Positions 38,223-47,821 of a stretch of DNA of 51,433 bases are shown here, piece after piece. The translations under genes and the position numbers were made by a program. The notes beneath the pieces were generated by a model that was not told the DNA's origin, did not search any database, and saw only the letters and a list, made by a program, of their open reading frames with translations. The first letter of the stretch is position 1, and every line of letters begins with the position of its first letter. The stretch comes from Oscillospiraceae bacterium (GTDB lineage: Bacteria > Bacillota > Clostridia > Oscillospirales > Ruminococcaceae), in contig JAIDPG010000234.1 in the NCBI GenBank assembly GCA_029062865.1, positions 1 to 51,433 of the forward strand, in the 5' to 3' direction.

Positions 38223-39235
38223 ATTTTACGAATATTATGCGAGAGCGCGAGACACGCGTTTCGTTTGTTTGCCAAGCGGCGGTCGTAGCTCTCGGGTTTG
38301 CGGGCTGCTTGTTTATCAGCGTTCCTGCGGCGGCGGTGCTGCTTTTGGTATCGATAATTGTTATAACAACGCAGTTTATGCCGTTGTCAAAACGAAACGA
38401 AAAAATCTCGCGGCTTTGCGGCGATATCGACGACATTCTCCGCGGCGCGGACAACGTGGATCTCAGCGAATACTGCGAGGGGGAGCTGAGCATACTCTCC
38501 GACGAGATACGCAAGCTGACGGTGCGCCTTCGCGAGCAGAATTCCGCGCTGATAGACGACAAGCGGTTTATGAAGGAAGCGCTTGAGGATATGACGCACC
38601 AGCTCCGCACGCCGCTTACGGCAATGCTGCTCGTTTTGGGAATGTTACGCCGCCCCGAGCTTTCGGAGAATGAGCGCGCCGAGCATATTCGGGAGCTTTA
38701 CGGGCTTTTGTCGAGAATGCAGAGAATGCTCGAAACGACGCTCGGCTTATCGCGGTTAGAGGCGGGCGCGGTGGAGTTCAAAACTGAGGAAATTTCCGTA
38801 AGGGAGCTTATCGAAGAAGCTCTCGAGCCGCTTTCGATCCCGATCGAGCTGAAAGACATCACCCTCCGAACCGAGATCAAGGGCGAGCCGACCTTCCGCG
38901 GCGACAGGCTGTACTGCGCGGAGGCGATCTCGAATATTCTCAAAAACTGCATGGAGCACACCCCCGAGGGCGGGGAGATCAAAATCTCCGCCGACGAAAA
39001 CGCGCTTTACACGGGGCTCGTCATAACGGACAGCGGCGACGGGATCCCCGAGCAGGAGCTCCCGCGCGTTTTCGAGAGATTTTACCGCCCCAAAGGTGAA
39101 GACAAATTCAACAAAGCAGGCTATGGCATAGGGCTCGCGTTCGCAAGGAAAATAATCGCGCTGCAAAACGGAAGCCTCACGGTGCGAAATGCCCCGCCCC
39201 TCGGCGCTGAGTTCGAGATACGAGTTTACAACTAA
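38219..39235 (+). CDS. Sensor histidine kinase (two short TM helices, intramembrane-sensing type)
   Basis: DMTHQLRTPL, NILKNCMEH, FERFY, GIGL. Confidence 0.92.
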   Translation: MNFTNIMRERETRVSFVCQAAVVALGFAGCLFISVPAAAVLLLVSIIVITTQFMPLSKRNEKISRLCGDIDDILRGADNVDLSEYCEGELSILSDEIRKLTVRLREQNSALIDDKRFMKEALEDMTHQLRTPLTAMLLVLGMLRRPELSENERAEHIRELYGLLSRMQRMLETTLGLSRLEAGAVEFKTEEISVRELIEEALEPLSIPIELKDITLRTEIKGEPTFRGDRLYCAEAISNILKNCMEHTPEGGEIKISADENALYTGLVITDSGDGIPEQELPRVFERFYRPKGEDKFNKAGYGIGLAFARKIIALQNGSLTVRNAPPLGAEFEIRVYN

Positions 39236-39264
39236 AAAATCCCCCGCGAAGCGGGGGATTTTTT
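39234..39264. terminator. Bidirectional terminator
   Basis: aaaaaatcccccgc-gaa-gcgggggatttttt. Confidence 0.8.
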
Positions 39265-39269
39265 AGTTT

Positions 39270-41510
39270 TTAATTCGCGCGGATCTGTTCAACCAATGTC
39301 ATCTTTCGCGTTGATTTCAGCGCAATGATCGACGCTGTCACCGCGATTATAAACGCGCATATCGACGCGATGAAAATAATCGGCAGCGGCTGCACAAACG
39401 AAATCGCGCTGTTCAGAAACTCGAATTCAACCAAATCGGTCAATGTTGTCAGCATAAACTTCGTGAGCAGCATTAAAGCCTCGCAGACGAATACCGCCGC
39501 GATCCCCGATGTCAGCGCATATTGCAGGCACTCGATAAGCGTCATCTTGCGGAGGTCTTTTTCGGTCATTCCGACGCACTGCAGCGCAGCAAGCTCGGCG
39601 CGGCGGTTTAAAATGCCCGTCACGAGGACGTTTACCATGTTCACGACCGCGATAAGCGCGATCAGCACGATCAGGAAGATCGCCACGATATTTACCGAGG
39701 AAATCGTCGCGAGAAGCTGCCGGCGCTCGGCGGTCTCGTCCTCGTAGATTATCGAATTCTCCTCGAAGAACTCAATCGCCTTGTCCAGGTCGTCTGGATT
39801 TATAAGCGAGCAAAATCCACCGTCGCTGTGTGACCGTTCGCGGAACTTCGCGAACTCGCCGTTTAAATACGTTTCATAAGCCGCGACAAGGGTGTAGGGG
39901 TACTTGTCGGTGACAAAGTCGGGGTCAATCTCGAAGCTTGCGATGTATTCGGGGTAGTAGCCGTAGGTCGTCACGCCTTGTATCGTATATCTCGAGGTGA
40001 ATTTCTCCTGCTCCTCCGGCGACAGCGCGTTATATTCCTCCTCGGAAACCTTAATCATTTCCTCGTCCTCGAAAACAAGCGAAAAGACGTTGTCGTCCGC
40101 ATATTCAAGAACCTTCTCCCCAAAGATGTATTTGCCGCTCTTCGCGAGCTCGTCATAAGAAATCGGCGGCTCGCCGTAATAATTTTCTTCATAAGCCGCT
40201 TCATTCAGAAAGCGTACAAGGAAACTCGGACGCCATTTGTTTTCGTCCTTTGGGCTTACTCCGCTTATATCAATCAAGAGCATCGGCGCTTCAAACAAGC
40301 CGCTCTCCTCGATTTTCCGCAGATTTTCATCGTTGAGGGCAACGGTGTCGGCGTCTGCTCCGTTGAAGAAATAATAGCGGAAATCTTCGCTTATGCCGTA
40401 TTCCTCATAGTATTTATCCGCCGCGCCGCGAATGTCGCTTACTACGACCATTGTCGCCGAGAAATCCGCTATCGAAAGCGTCAGCGCCACGATCGCCGCG
40501 GCGAAGCGCTTCGGCTGGCGCTTATTGTTGCGCGAGGCGAGCTTCCCCGTCCAGCCGAAAAGCCTGCCGAGCATCGGCGAGCGGCTCACCCTTTTGACCT
40601 CGTTCGCGCGCCCGCTTATCGCTTCTACGGGGCTCTTTTTTATAATGCGCATACCCGTGCCGTAAGCCGAAAGCAGCACCCAGACAAGCCCCGTGACAAC
40701 TCCCAGCAGCAAAAGCCACGGATTAACGGAAAAATGTACGAGCTCCGCCGCCTTTGACGGCGAAAGTCTTAAATTGAACAGCCCCGTCCCGAGCACCGCG
40801 CGGTAAACCAGATACCCAAGCCCCACGCCCGCCGCCGTTCCGAGCGGGATCCCGATAACGGACAGCAGAAGCCCCTCGCACGTGATTATCTTCACAATCT
40901 GCTTTGGGGTCGCGCCGATCGACTGCAAAACGCCGAACTGCCGCTCGCGCTCCTTTGACGACACCTCAAACGCCGTGTCGATTATAAGCCGCAGCATCAT
41001 AATGAAAAACAGCACGAACACGTAAAACACCGCAATGGTCGACAGCATATACAGCTTAGACTGGTCGTCCCTCATATCGAGCTCCATAAGCGTCGAGTTT
41101 ACGGTGTAGCCAAGCCGCTCGTTTTGATCCAAGCCCATTTTTCTCTCGATTTTGCCGACAAAATTTTTCGCGTTGTCGATGTCCTTTTCGAGCATTATCT
41201 TCGCGTTAAATACCGCGTGCCCCGTAATCATATCGCCCACCCGCGTGCAGGTTCCGTATTCGCCGACGGCTTTCTCTACCGCGTTGTACTGCTCCTGTGT
41301 AAGCCCCCCATAGTCCACGCCCCAAATCATAATATGATAATCGCCGTCGTCATACGCGATATTGCGCAGAATACTCATCCCGGTGGAGAACAGCGAAAAC
41401 AGCGTCGCGATAAGCGCGAGAGCGATCGCAATGCTGCAAATCGTAAGCGCCGAGTGGCGCTTCTGCGCGGAGATGTATTTTCTCGCCAGAGTTCCCTCAA
41501 ACATCGTCAC
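39270..41510 (-). CDS. FtsX-like ABC transporter permease
   Basis: Two FtsX motifs: RERQFGVLQSIGAT and RRAELAALQCVGMT. Confidence 0.88.
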   Translation of the reverse strand: MTMFEGTLARKYISAQKRHSALTICSIAIALALIATLFSLFSTGMSILRNIAYDDGDYHIMIWGVDYGGLTQEQYNAVEKAVGEYGTCTRVGDMITGHAVFNAKIMLEKDIDNAKNFVGKIERKMGLDQNERLGYTVNSTLMELDMRDDQSKLYMLSTIAVFYVFVLFFIMMLRLIIDTAFEVSSKERERQFGVLQSIGATPKQIVKIITCEGLLLSVIGIPLGTAAGVGLGYLVYRAVLGTGLFNLRLSPSKAAELVHFSVNPWLLLLGVVTGLVWVLLSAYGTGMRIIKKSPVEAISGRANEVKRVSRSPMLGRLFGWTGKLASRNNKRQPKRFAAAIVALTLSIADFSATMVVVSDIRGAADKYYEEYGISEDFRYYFFNGADADTVALNDENLRKIEESGLFEAPMLLIDISGVSPKDENKWRPSFLVRFLNEAAYEENYYGEPPISYDELAKSGKYIFGEKVLEYADDNVFSLVFEDEEMIKVSEEEYNALSPEEQEKFTSRYTIQGVTTYGYYPEYIASFEIDPDFVTDKYPYTLVAAYETYLNGEFAKFRERSHSDGGFCSLINPDDLDKAIEFFEENSIIYEDETAERRQLLATISSVNIVAIFLIVLIALIAVVNMVNVLVTGILNRRAELAALQCVGMTEKDLRKMTLIECLQYALTSGIAAVFVCEALMLLTKFMLTTLTDLVEFEFLNSAISFVQPLPIIFIASICAFIIAVTASIIALKSTRKMTLVEQIRAN

Positions 41511-42201
41511 CCCTCCTCGCTTGCCCCGTGAGCCTGTCGCTGATGATCTTCCCGTCGGAGAGCGTGATTATCCTGTCGCATTGCAGCGCGACGTTTTCAT
41601 CGTGCGTGATAATCAGCATAGTCTGGTTAAGCTCGAGGTTGGATTTCCTCAGCAGCGCGACGATCTCCGCGGAATTTTTGCTGTCGAGATTTCCCGTAGG
41701 CTCGTCCGCGAGGATCACCCCGGGCGAGTTGAACAGCGCTCTGCCTATTGAAACGCGCTGCTGCTGCCCACCCGAAAGCTGCGATGGAAGATGATGTCGG
41801 CGTTCAAGCAGATCAAGCCTGTCGAGCATTGCGGTTATCTGCTGCGGCTTAGGTCTCCTGCCGTCCATTATCATCGGCAGCGTGATGTTTTCCTCTGCGC
41901 TCAGCACGGGGATCAGGTTGTAAAACTGATAGATAAGCCCGACCTGTCTGCGGCGGAAGATCGCGAGGTTGTGGTTATTCTGCGCGTAAACGTCCTGCCC
42001 GTCGAGGAAAACCTTTCCGTCGGTCGGTCTGTCAACTCCGCCGAGAATATGCAGCAGCGTGGATTTCCCCGAGCCCGACGGTCCCATAACCGCCGCCATT
42101 TGTCCCTTCGGCACGGAAAACGAAACGCCGTCCAGCGCCCTCACGGCGTTTTCCCCCTTGCCGTAGGTCTTGCTTAAATTTTCGATTTTCAAAAGCTCCA
42201 T
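41497..42201 (-). CDS. ABC transporter ATP-binding protein (LolD/MacB-like)
   Basis: GPSGSGKST, LSGGQQQR, ADEPTGNLD. Confidence 0.93.
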   Translation of the reverse strand: MELLKIENLSKTYGKGENAVRALDGVSFSVPKGQMAAVMGPSGSGKSTLLHILGGVDRPTDGKVFLDGQDVYAQNNHNLAIFRRRQVGLIYQFYNLIPVLSAEENITLPMIMDGRRPKPQQITAMLDRLDLLERRHHLPSQLSGGQQQRVSIGRALFNSPGVILADEPTGNLDSKNSAEIVALLRKSNLELNQTMLIITHDENVALQCDRIITLSDGKIISDRLTGQARRGDDV

Positions 42202-42226
42202 AGTAATTCCTCCTTTTTATGATTTA

Positions 42227-42271
42227 ATTATAACTCGCGAATATTACTATTTCATTACAATTTAATTACAG
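42227..42271 (-). promoter_or_regulatory. -10 box with three 11-bp-phased repeats (putative OmpR-type site)
   Basis: ATTAC at 42243, 42254 and 42265; TATAAT on the minus strand at 42232-42227; no consensus -35. Confidence 0.55.
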
Positions 42272-42454
42272 TTCGGTAATTTTTCGGGTAACTCTTAAAA
42301 TCACGGGCAGAACGCTGCGAGGCTCCGGAAAACAATCCCAAATCAAGAAAAAATTAAACTTCCCCGAAAGAATAATCGCCGCGGCGAATGCGGAAAATAT
42401 ACTTGAAACCGATCACTATATGCTTAAATTTATATTTTGAAAGGAATGATAACA

Positions 42455-42676
42455 ATGGTTACGGTTATGGACAAGATAGCTCTTTGCCTGCTGGTTATCG
42501 GCGGGCTGAACTGGGGGCTGGTCGGCATTTTCGACTTTGACCTTATCGCGTGGGCGTTCGGCAGCGGGGCGGTTATAAGCCGCATCCTCTATATTCTGGT
42601 CGCGGTGGCGGCGCTTTGGTGCATTTCGCTGCTTTTCCGCAGAACCGAATCTATGAGCGCAGAAGCCTCCCATTGA
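42455..42676 (+). CDS. DUF378-family small membrane protein
   Basis: LLVIGGLNWGLVGIFDFDL..IL. Confidence 0.85.
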   Translation: MVTVMDKIALCLLVIGGLNWGLVGIFDFDLIAWAFGSGAVISRILYILVAVAALWCISLLFRRTESMSAEASH

Positions 42677-42768
42677 CAAGCGCAAACAAGCAAATCCAAA
42701 AAGATCCCTCGCCGTCAGGCGGGGGATCGTCTTTGCGGAGAATTTTGGCGCAAATTCCGTTTTTTCCC

Positions 42769-42797
42769 TTGACAAACCCGATTTTTTATGCTATAAT
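42769..42797 (+). promoter_or_regulatory. tRNA promoter
   Basis: TTGACA-17-TATAAT with an extended TG. Confidence 0.8.
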
Positions 42798-42823
42798 ATT
42801 TAAGTCGAACTCAAAACCCACAA

Positions 42824-42910
42824 GCTGCTGTGGCGAAATCGGCAGACGCAAGGGACTTAAAATCCCTCGGTAGTGATACCATACCGGTTCAAGTCCGGTC
42901 AGCAGCACCA
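42824..42910 (+). tRNA. tRNA-Leu (anticodon TAA)
   Basis: Acceptor GCTGCTG/CAGCAGC plus ACCA, anticodon arm AGGGA-CTTAAAA-TCCCT, long variable arm, GGTTCAAGTCC. Confidence 0.97.
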
Positions 42911-43710
42911 TATCGAACAAAGGAGAACCACCTAGATGGCTCTCCTTTATTTGTTTTTTATCCCGAAAAAACCGTGTTTGGTGTGGTCGTTCCAAGAGTA
43001 TAGCGTAATCCAAACCGGATAAATACAAACAATCACGAGGATGTGAATTTGTTGGTATTTTATCCCAGTAACCCTGTATTTGGATTGGTGGTTTACCTTT
43101 AAAAATCGTCTGCGTCGTGATGAAGCTGCGGGCGATTTTTTGGTTTTGTGGCAAATTTCAATGTCTATGAAGATCAAGGCGAGTCCGAGGAACATGGAAA
43201 GTCAATGGGAATGTAAGGCAAGCCATCATGTCGAAATCAGAATTGATAAATTCGGATTTCGACAAAATTGGAAATTTTCAGGGGATTTTGTTATAGTTAT
43301 AATTAACAAAGTTTTAAATAAATAATTGACAAAAGGCACAAAAATCGTGCATTTCACGCAAAATATCGACATCTTGCGCAAGGAAATGAGTGATGGGCAA
43401 TTTCCAGAAATAAAAGTGGTTGATTTTCTAGTTTGTATATGGTATGCTTATTTTAGGAACAAAGATCGTGCGTTGACGCGTCATATCCGGATATAAACAT
43501 TTTGAATAAAATCGTGGCCATATACTTTATGCCAGCCGTCTGCGAGCCAAGGAATTGTAAAAAGTCCATGGTGTTCAAGCTTATTTAACACATCTCGGCG
43601 CGGTGTTGTTCACCCGCCGAAAAATTGAACAGCTTCTCTCGCTGCGCTCGCTCAGCTGTTCAATTTTTTCCTTTTCTTCGAGCCGAGCGTAAATTTTAGG
43701 AAAGGATGAT

Positions 43711-46700
43711 ATGGTCTTAACTATATCATACAAGAAAATTATGAAAAAAAATAGTGTAAAAAATGAAAAGGGATATTGTACGGTTTATACAAATTTTATG
43801 CAGAATTATAGGCTTTCCCAATCTATTGAAATGGGAGAACAGCTTCAGAGCATTAGGAATAAGCATAACCTGGATGACTTTTTTTGTATGAGAACAGACA
43901 GATATGTGGAAAGTTTTTGTCATAACAAAGAAAGCAGTACAGGATACGATTCTGCTGCTCTTGATATTCATGGATCATATATTTCTTCAGTTATCTGTGA
44001 TAATGGTGATATAATTGTTTTTGCGGTTCAAGGGGAAGAATTGCATTTTTCCATCAAACGAAATGATATTTTTGAGAATTCCAAAAAGATAAATATGGAT
44101 ATGCCGTATTCGGCTATAAAAATATGCGGTATTTCCGTCAGAAAAATAGGGAAAGAAATTTGGATAGCAGTTATTATGCAGGCAGGGTTAAGCGAGTCCG
44201 AAAGTGATCTGCATGTTTTGTGCGGAATGTGGCAAAATGAAAATACTATTTTAAAATCATCCGGTATAACCGTATCATCTTCAAAATGCATGTGGCTTTT
44301 GTCAGATGAAAGCGATCCTGTAATTGTTTTTTGTGGAAGTCGATTAATTGGTATACACGCATTATCCGGGAAAACCGAAAGCTATCCTTCTATTCCTGTA
44401 AAAGGAAACTGTGTGGATATTTATTCTTCATTCGAACCAACAGCAAAAGCGGATATTATTTCTGTCGTAATTGACGAGGATTTATATGTTCTTAATACCG
44501 TGTCAAGTAAATGGACACTGTGCGCGCATAGCGCAAATTTTACAAAGTCAAGACTTCATTATGAAGAAATCATAGGTATGCACATTATTGCCCTTGACTC
44601 CGGCTTAAATGTATATCACGGTTTTTTTAGTACTATTGATGATACTTTTACTGATTTATCTCCGATTATCAGTGAAATTTCGGATTTTTGCATTTCTGAC
44701 TGCAATGGCGAAATGCTGTCTGTACTGTGTGCTGACAGTAAAAATAAAAAAGTAAATCAAATGATTTTAGAAGATTCATCAAGCAACTGGAATATACAGG
44801 AAATAGGATTAAAAACCGAAAATGATATATATGAATATAAATCGTATATGACAGAAATAACAGCTTATGATTCCTGCGGATTAATATATCCCAAGGCTGA
44901 AATTTCTATATGGAGCAATGAGGATACCAGAATTGAAATTAACGGCGAGAGCGTTATGATAGGACCTAACAACAAGTTTTCATGTTTTACAAATGAAAAC
45001 GGTATGGCATACATTGCTCAGGAAATATGTATGTTAAGTGTTCCTGAAATTTATGTTTCTTTTTCCAACAATCCTAAAAACGGCGAGAGTGTTTTTGAAA
45101 GTGAATCGGTTTTAGCGATTTCTCAATATTCTCCAGTGCAGAATATTCTAAAAAACATTGACGGCGACGGACTGCTCAACGCCAAGAAAAATGATGGCAT
45201 CTGGCTTCTTCCGGATGAATACAGAGATAAAGAAACAGCGCAAAGCGTTGCGGAAGCGCTAAAGGAATGTGTTGCTTTGATCCCCTCATCCGATAAGAAT
45301 AATATGCTTGCCGGAGAAGCAAAATGGATAGGTCGCGACCGTATAGGCACTCATGAAAAAATAATACCTACAAACGTTCTCCGTGATTCGGGAGGATGGT
45401 GCCTTAAAAAAGAAGGTAATAGGGTAACCTATACTTTAAAATCACAGGAAGAAATAGATTTATTGCTACTGAAAGCGGAAAATAACGACACTATTGTCGG
45501 AAAAGGTTTCTTCAAAAGAATTGGCGATTTTTTAAGGGCCGTTGCGAAGAAAATAGTCGAGGTAGTTGAAGTAGTGGTAACTGTTGTAAAGGATACTGTA
45601 AAAACAGTTATTACATATGTTAAGGATAAAGTTGAACATCTGTTTACTCAAATCGTGGACACAGCACAGCAGGTATGGGATGTTGTTGAAAGCGTATTTA
45701 ATGAAGTAAAGATTTTTTTCTCCGATGTTTTCCAGTGGATCGGATATATTTTCAATTGGAATGACATTTTAAGAACAAAAAGAATGATCGATTATTGCGT
45801 AGATCAAATTTTTGACTGCGCTGACAGTACACTTGAATACGCTGAATCAAAAGCCAACGGCTGCTTTGATTATCTGAAGTCTAAAATATCTGAAACTTCA
45901 GATAAATTCGTTTCGAAGCTTGATCCTAAGCTTTCATTGGGAGAAATGCTTTCGGGAAACGGTTTCACTAAAAACGATGCTGCGATAGAATATAATGTAT
46001 CAAATAACTTCCTTTACAATCAGTATATTTACAGAGATGTTCCGTCTGTCTCGTCATCTGAGAACTTATTAGCGGCAGAACCGTATGATTCATTTAAAGC
46101 AGAAAAAGACGACTTCTTGAAAATACTAAGCGATTTTGCATCTGAGACCGAGCAAAATGAGGCTTTTAAGGAAGCTTTTGATTATTTTGGCAGCGTATTC
46201 AACGGCAGAGATAACATGTTCAACAATATGCTTTGTGGACTCATAAAGCTTTTTGAAGGATTGGCTGTTACTGTTGTTTCAGCCGCAAAAGCCGTTGTAA
46301 AAGCAACTTTTGAATTGTGCCGCAAGGTAGTTAAGACTATTTATAAGTTGTTGACAAAGGAAATTAAGCTTCCGTTTCTTTCAACGCTCTTTACTAAAAT
46401 AACCAAGGGAGATAAGCTTACGGTTTCCGGAGTTTTCAGTTTGATCATTGCTCTCCCGGTTACTATTGTACATAAAATAATAAACAAAAAGGCTCCCATT
46501 GCAAATGAAGAAGAGTTTAATGAATTTAAAAAATATATAAATTCAGATTCTTACAAATCAGCAATATGCGGGAAACAGGACCGGAATACCGCCCTCACAG
46601 AAACAAAGGTATCTTCTGTCATTGCGCCTGTATGGGTGAAATCTGTTTTGCAGGTAGTTAACGGAATTTCAAGCTTTATTTACTACATGGCTTCTTCATA

Positions 46701-47238
46701 TGTTGACGCTGCGTCTATTGTTACGGAAGCTATTATTCCGTTTTCACTTAATCTGGGGTGCTTTGCATGTGAAACTATATGGGCTTTAACAAGTGCGGTA
46801 TGCTGGTTCACCGATCCAAGTGTGGCTGAGTGGATTAATTATGGATTTGTCTGCGGCGGTGTTATTTTGGATTTGGTATTTCTGATAATTGAACGAACAA
46901 TGCCCGAAAATTCTTCATTAGAATATCCAAAGGTAATAACATTAATTTATGGAGTTCTTTTTGAAGCAGCTGCAATTTGTGCTCTGTGTATGCCATCACA
47001 ACCCCCGGGTGTAAGCGATTACATTCTCAATATAGTTCCACCTTTGATGTGCTGTTTGAAAATAGGACTTTTAAAGAGTTTAATAGGTTTAACTTATAGT
47101 GTATCGGCAGTGATACCTGTAATTGGCGGTCAGCTTACAAGCTTTGCTATAACCGGAACCTATTTTTCCTGCGCCAATGATATTGATGCCATCGGTAACA
47201 CATTATTTGATGATACATTGTCATATAATCCGGTATAA
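43711..47238 (+). CDS. Hypothetical 1175-aa protein (beta-rich N-half, amphipathic helical middle, hydrophobic C-terminus)
   Basis: Intact ORF with RBS GGAAAGGA, no signal peptide, several hydrophobic segments in the last ~270 aa. Confidence 0.85.
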   Translation: MVLTISYKKIMKKNSVKNEKGYCTVYTNFMQNYRLSQSIEMGEQLQSIRNKHNLDDFFCMRTDRYVESFCHNKESSTGYDSAALDIHGSYISSVICDNGDIIVFAVQGEELHFSIKRNDIFENSKKINMDMPYSAIKICGISVRKIGKEIWIAVIMQAGLSESESDLHVLCGMWQNENTILKSSGITVSSSKCMWLLSDESDPVIVFCGSRLIGIHALSGKTESYPSIPVKGNCVDIYSSFEPTAKADIISVVIDEDLYVLNTVSSKWTLCAHSANFTKSRLHYEEIIGMHIIALDSGLNVYHGFFSTIDDTFTDLSPIISEISDFCISDCNGEMLSVLCADSKNKKVNQMILEDSSSNWNIQEIGLKTENDIYEYKSYMTEITAYDSCGLIYPKAEISIWSNEDTRIEINGESVMIGPNNKFSCFTNENGMAYIAQEICMLSVPEIYVSFSNNPKNGESVFESESVLAISQYSPVQNILKNIDGDGLLNAKKNDGIWLLPDEYRDKETAQSVAEALKECVALIPSSDKNNMLAGEAKWIGRDRIGTHEKIIPTNVLRDSGGWCLKKEGNRVTYTLKSQEEIDLLLLKAENNDTIVGKGFFKRIGDFLRAVAKKIVEVVEVVVTVVKDTVKTVITYVKDKVEHLFTQIVDTAQQVWDVVESVFNEVKIFFSDVFQWIGYIFNWNDILRTKRMIDYCVDQIFDCADSTLEYAESKANGCFDYLKSKISETSDKFVSKLDPKLSLGEMLSGNGFTKNDAAIEYNVSNNFLYNQYIYRDVPSVSSSENLLAAEPYDSFKAEKDDFLKILSDFASETEQNEAFKEAFDYFGSVFNGRDNMFNNMLCGLIKLFEGLAVTVVSAAKAVVKATFELCRKVVKTIYKLLTKEIKLPFLSTLFTKITKGDKLTVSGVFSLIIALPVTIVHKIINKKAPIANEEEFNEFKKYINSDSYKSAICGKQDRNTALTETKVSSVIAPVWVKSVLQVVNGISSFIYYMASSYVDAASIVTEAIIPFSLNLGCFACETIWALTSAVCWFTDPSVAEWINYGFVCGGVILDLVFLIIERTMPENSSLEYPKVITLIYGVLFEAAAICALCMPSQPPGVSDYILNIVPPLMCCLKIGLLKSLIGLTYSVSAVIPVIGGQLTSFAITGTYFSCANDIDAIGNTLFDDTLSYNPV

Positions 47239-47265
47239 CAAAAACACCGCCGAAAAAGGAAAAAG

Positions 47266-47560
47266 TTAATCGGTTGGTAAATACGACAAATTTTCAAGCA
47301 AGAAAGATCGATTCAAAGCTTTCGTGACACGGGCGTAATTTGCCGGTTTAAATGCGTCCTTTTTATCGGTCTTGACTTTTCTTACACGGTTTGTACCATA
47401 GTCGTCAATCTGCAAAGGATTGATGACTGCGGAAACAAATATATCTTCGTTGTGGAGTGCGCCGGATATTGGTTCATAATACGACATGTGTACTCCGTAA
47501 CGATCTTGGGTTTGCCGGGCAAGAGCTTCAGTTGCTCTGCGTTTATAAATATCTCTCCTA
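47266..47560 (-). pseudogene. IS110-family transposase N-terminal remnant
   Basis: KIVTEYT..YYEPI, VINPLQI and RKVKTDKKDA are DEDD/RuvC-like IS110 motifs; frameshifted and truncated. Confidence 0.8.
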
Positions 47561-47564
47561 AAAG

Positions 47565-47800
47565 CAGAATTGCAATCGGATAATCCGCACTTTACTCATT
47601 ACCTGTTCTTTCTGCTGAGTAATATGAGCGCGCCATAGGCTAGCTCTGCCTGCAAAATCGAACGCTGTAATGAAAGCATTTTACGGGTGTGGCGTACCCA
47701 AAAAGGAATCGTCAGTCCAATTATTGCTTTCATTATAGCTTAAGCAACAAGTGCGTGTAAATCATGACCGGGTTGTCATGGTTATGCCGACTAAATTATT
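47565..47800 (-). ncRNA. Structured IS110 left-end leader (candidate bridge RNA)
   Basis: Lies upstream of the IS110 remnant. Stems: 47664-78/47725-39 (15 bp, enclosing an internal loop and a hairpin), 47592-98/47616-22, 47637-51 and 47763-80. Confidence 0.45.
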
Positions 47801-47821
47801 ATAGCAGAAAGGAAAATAATA

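Noticed and set aside
42886-42910. Duplicated tRNA 3' end (attR) bounding the island
   Set aside because: No second copy found by eye within the window, and no tyrosine integrase is present.
42947-43325. Short ORFs after the tRNA
   Set aside because: No RBS or recognisable motifs; probably decayed or non-coding.
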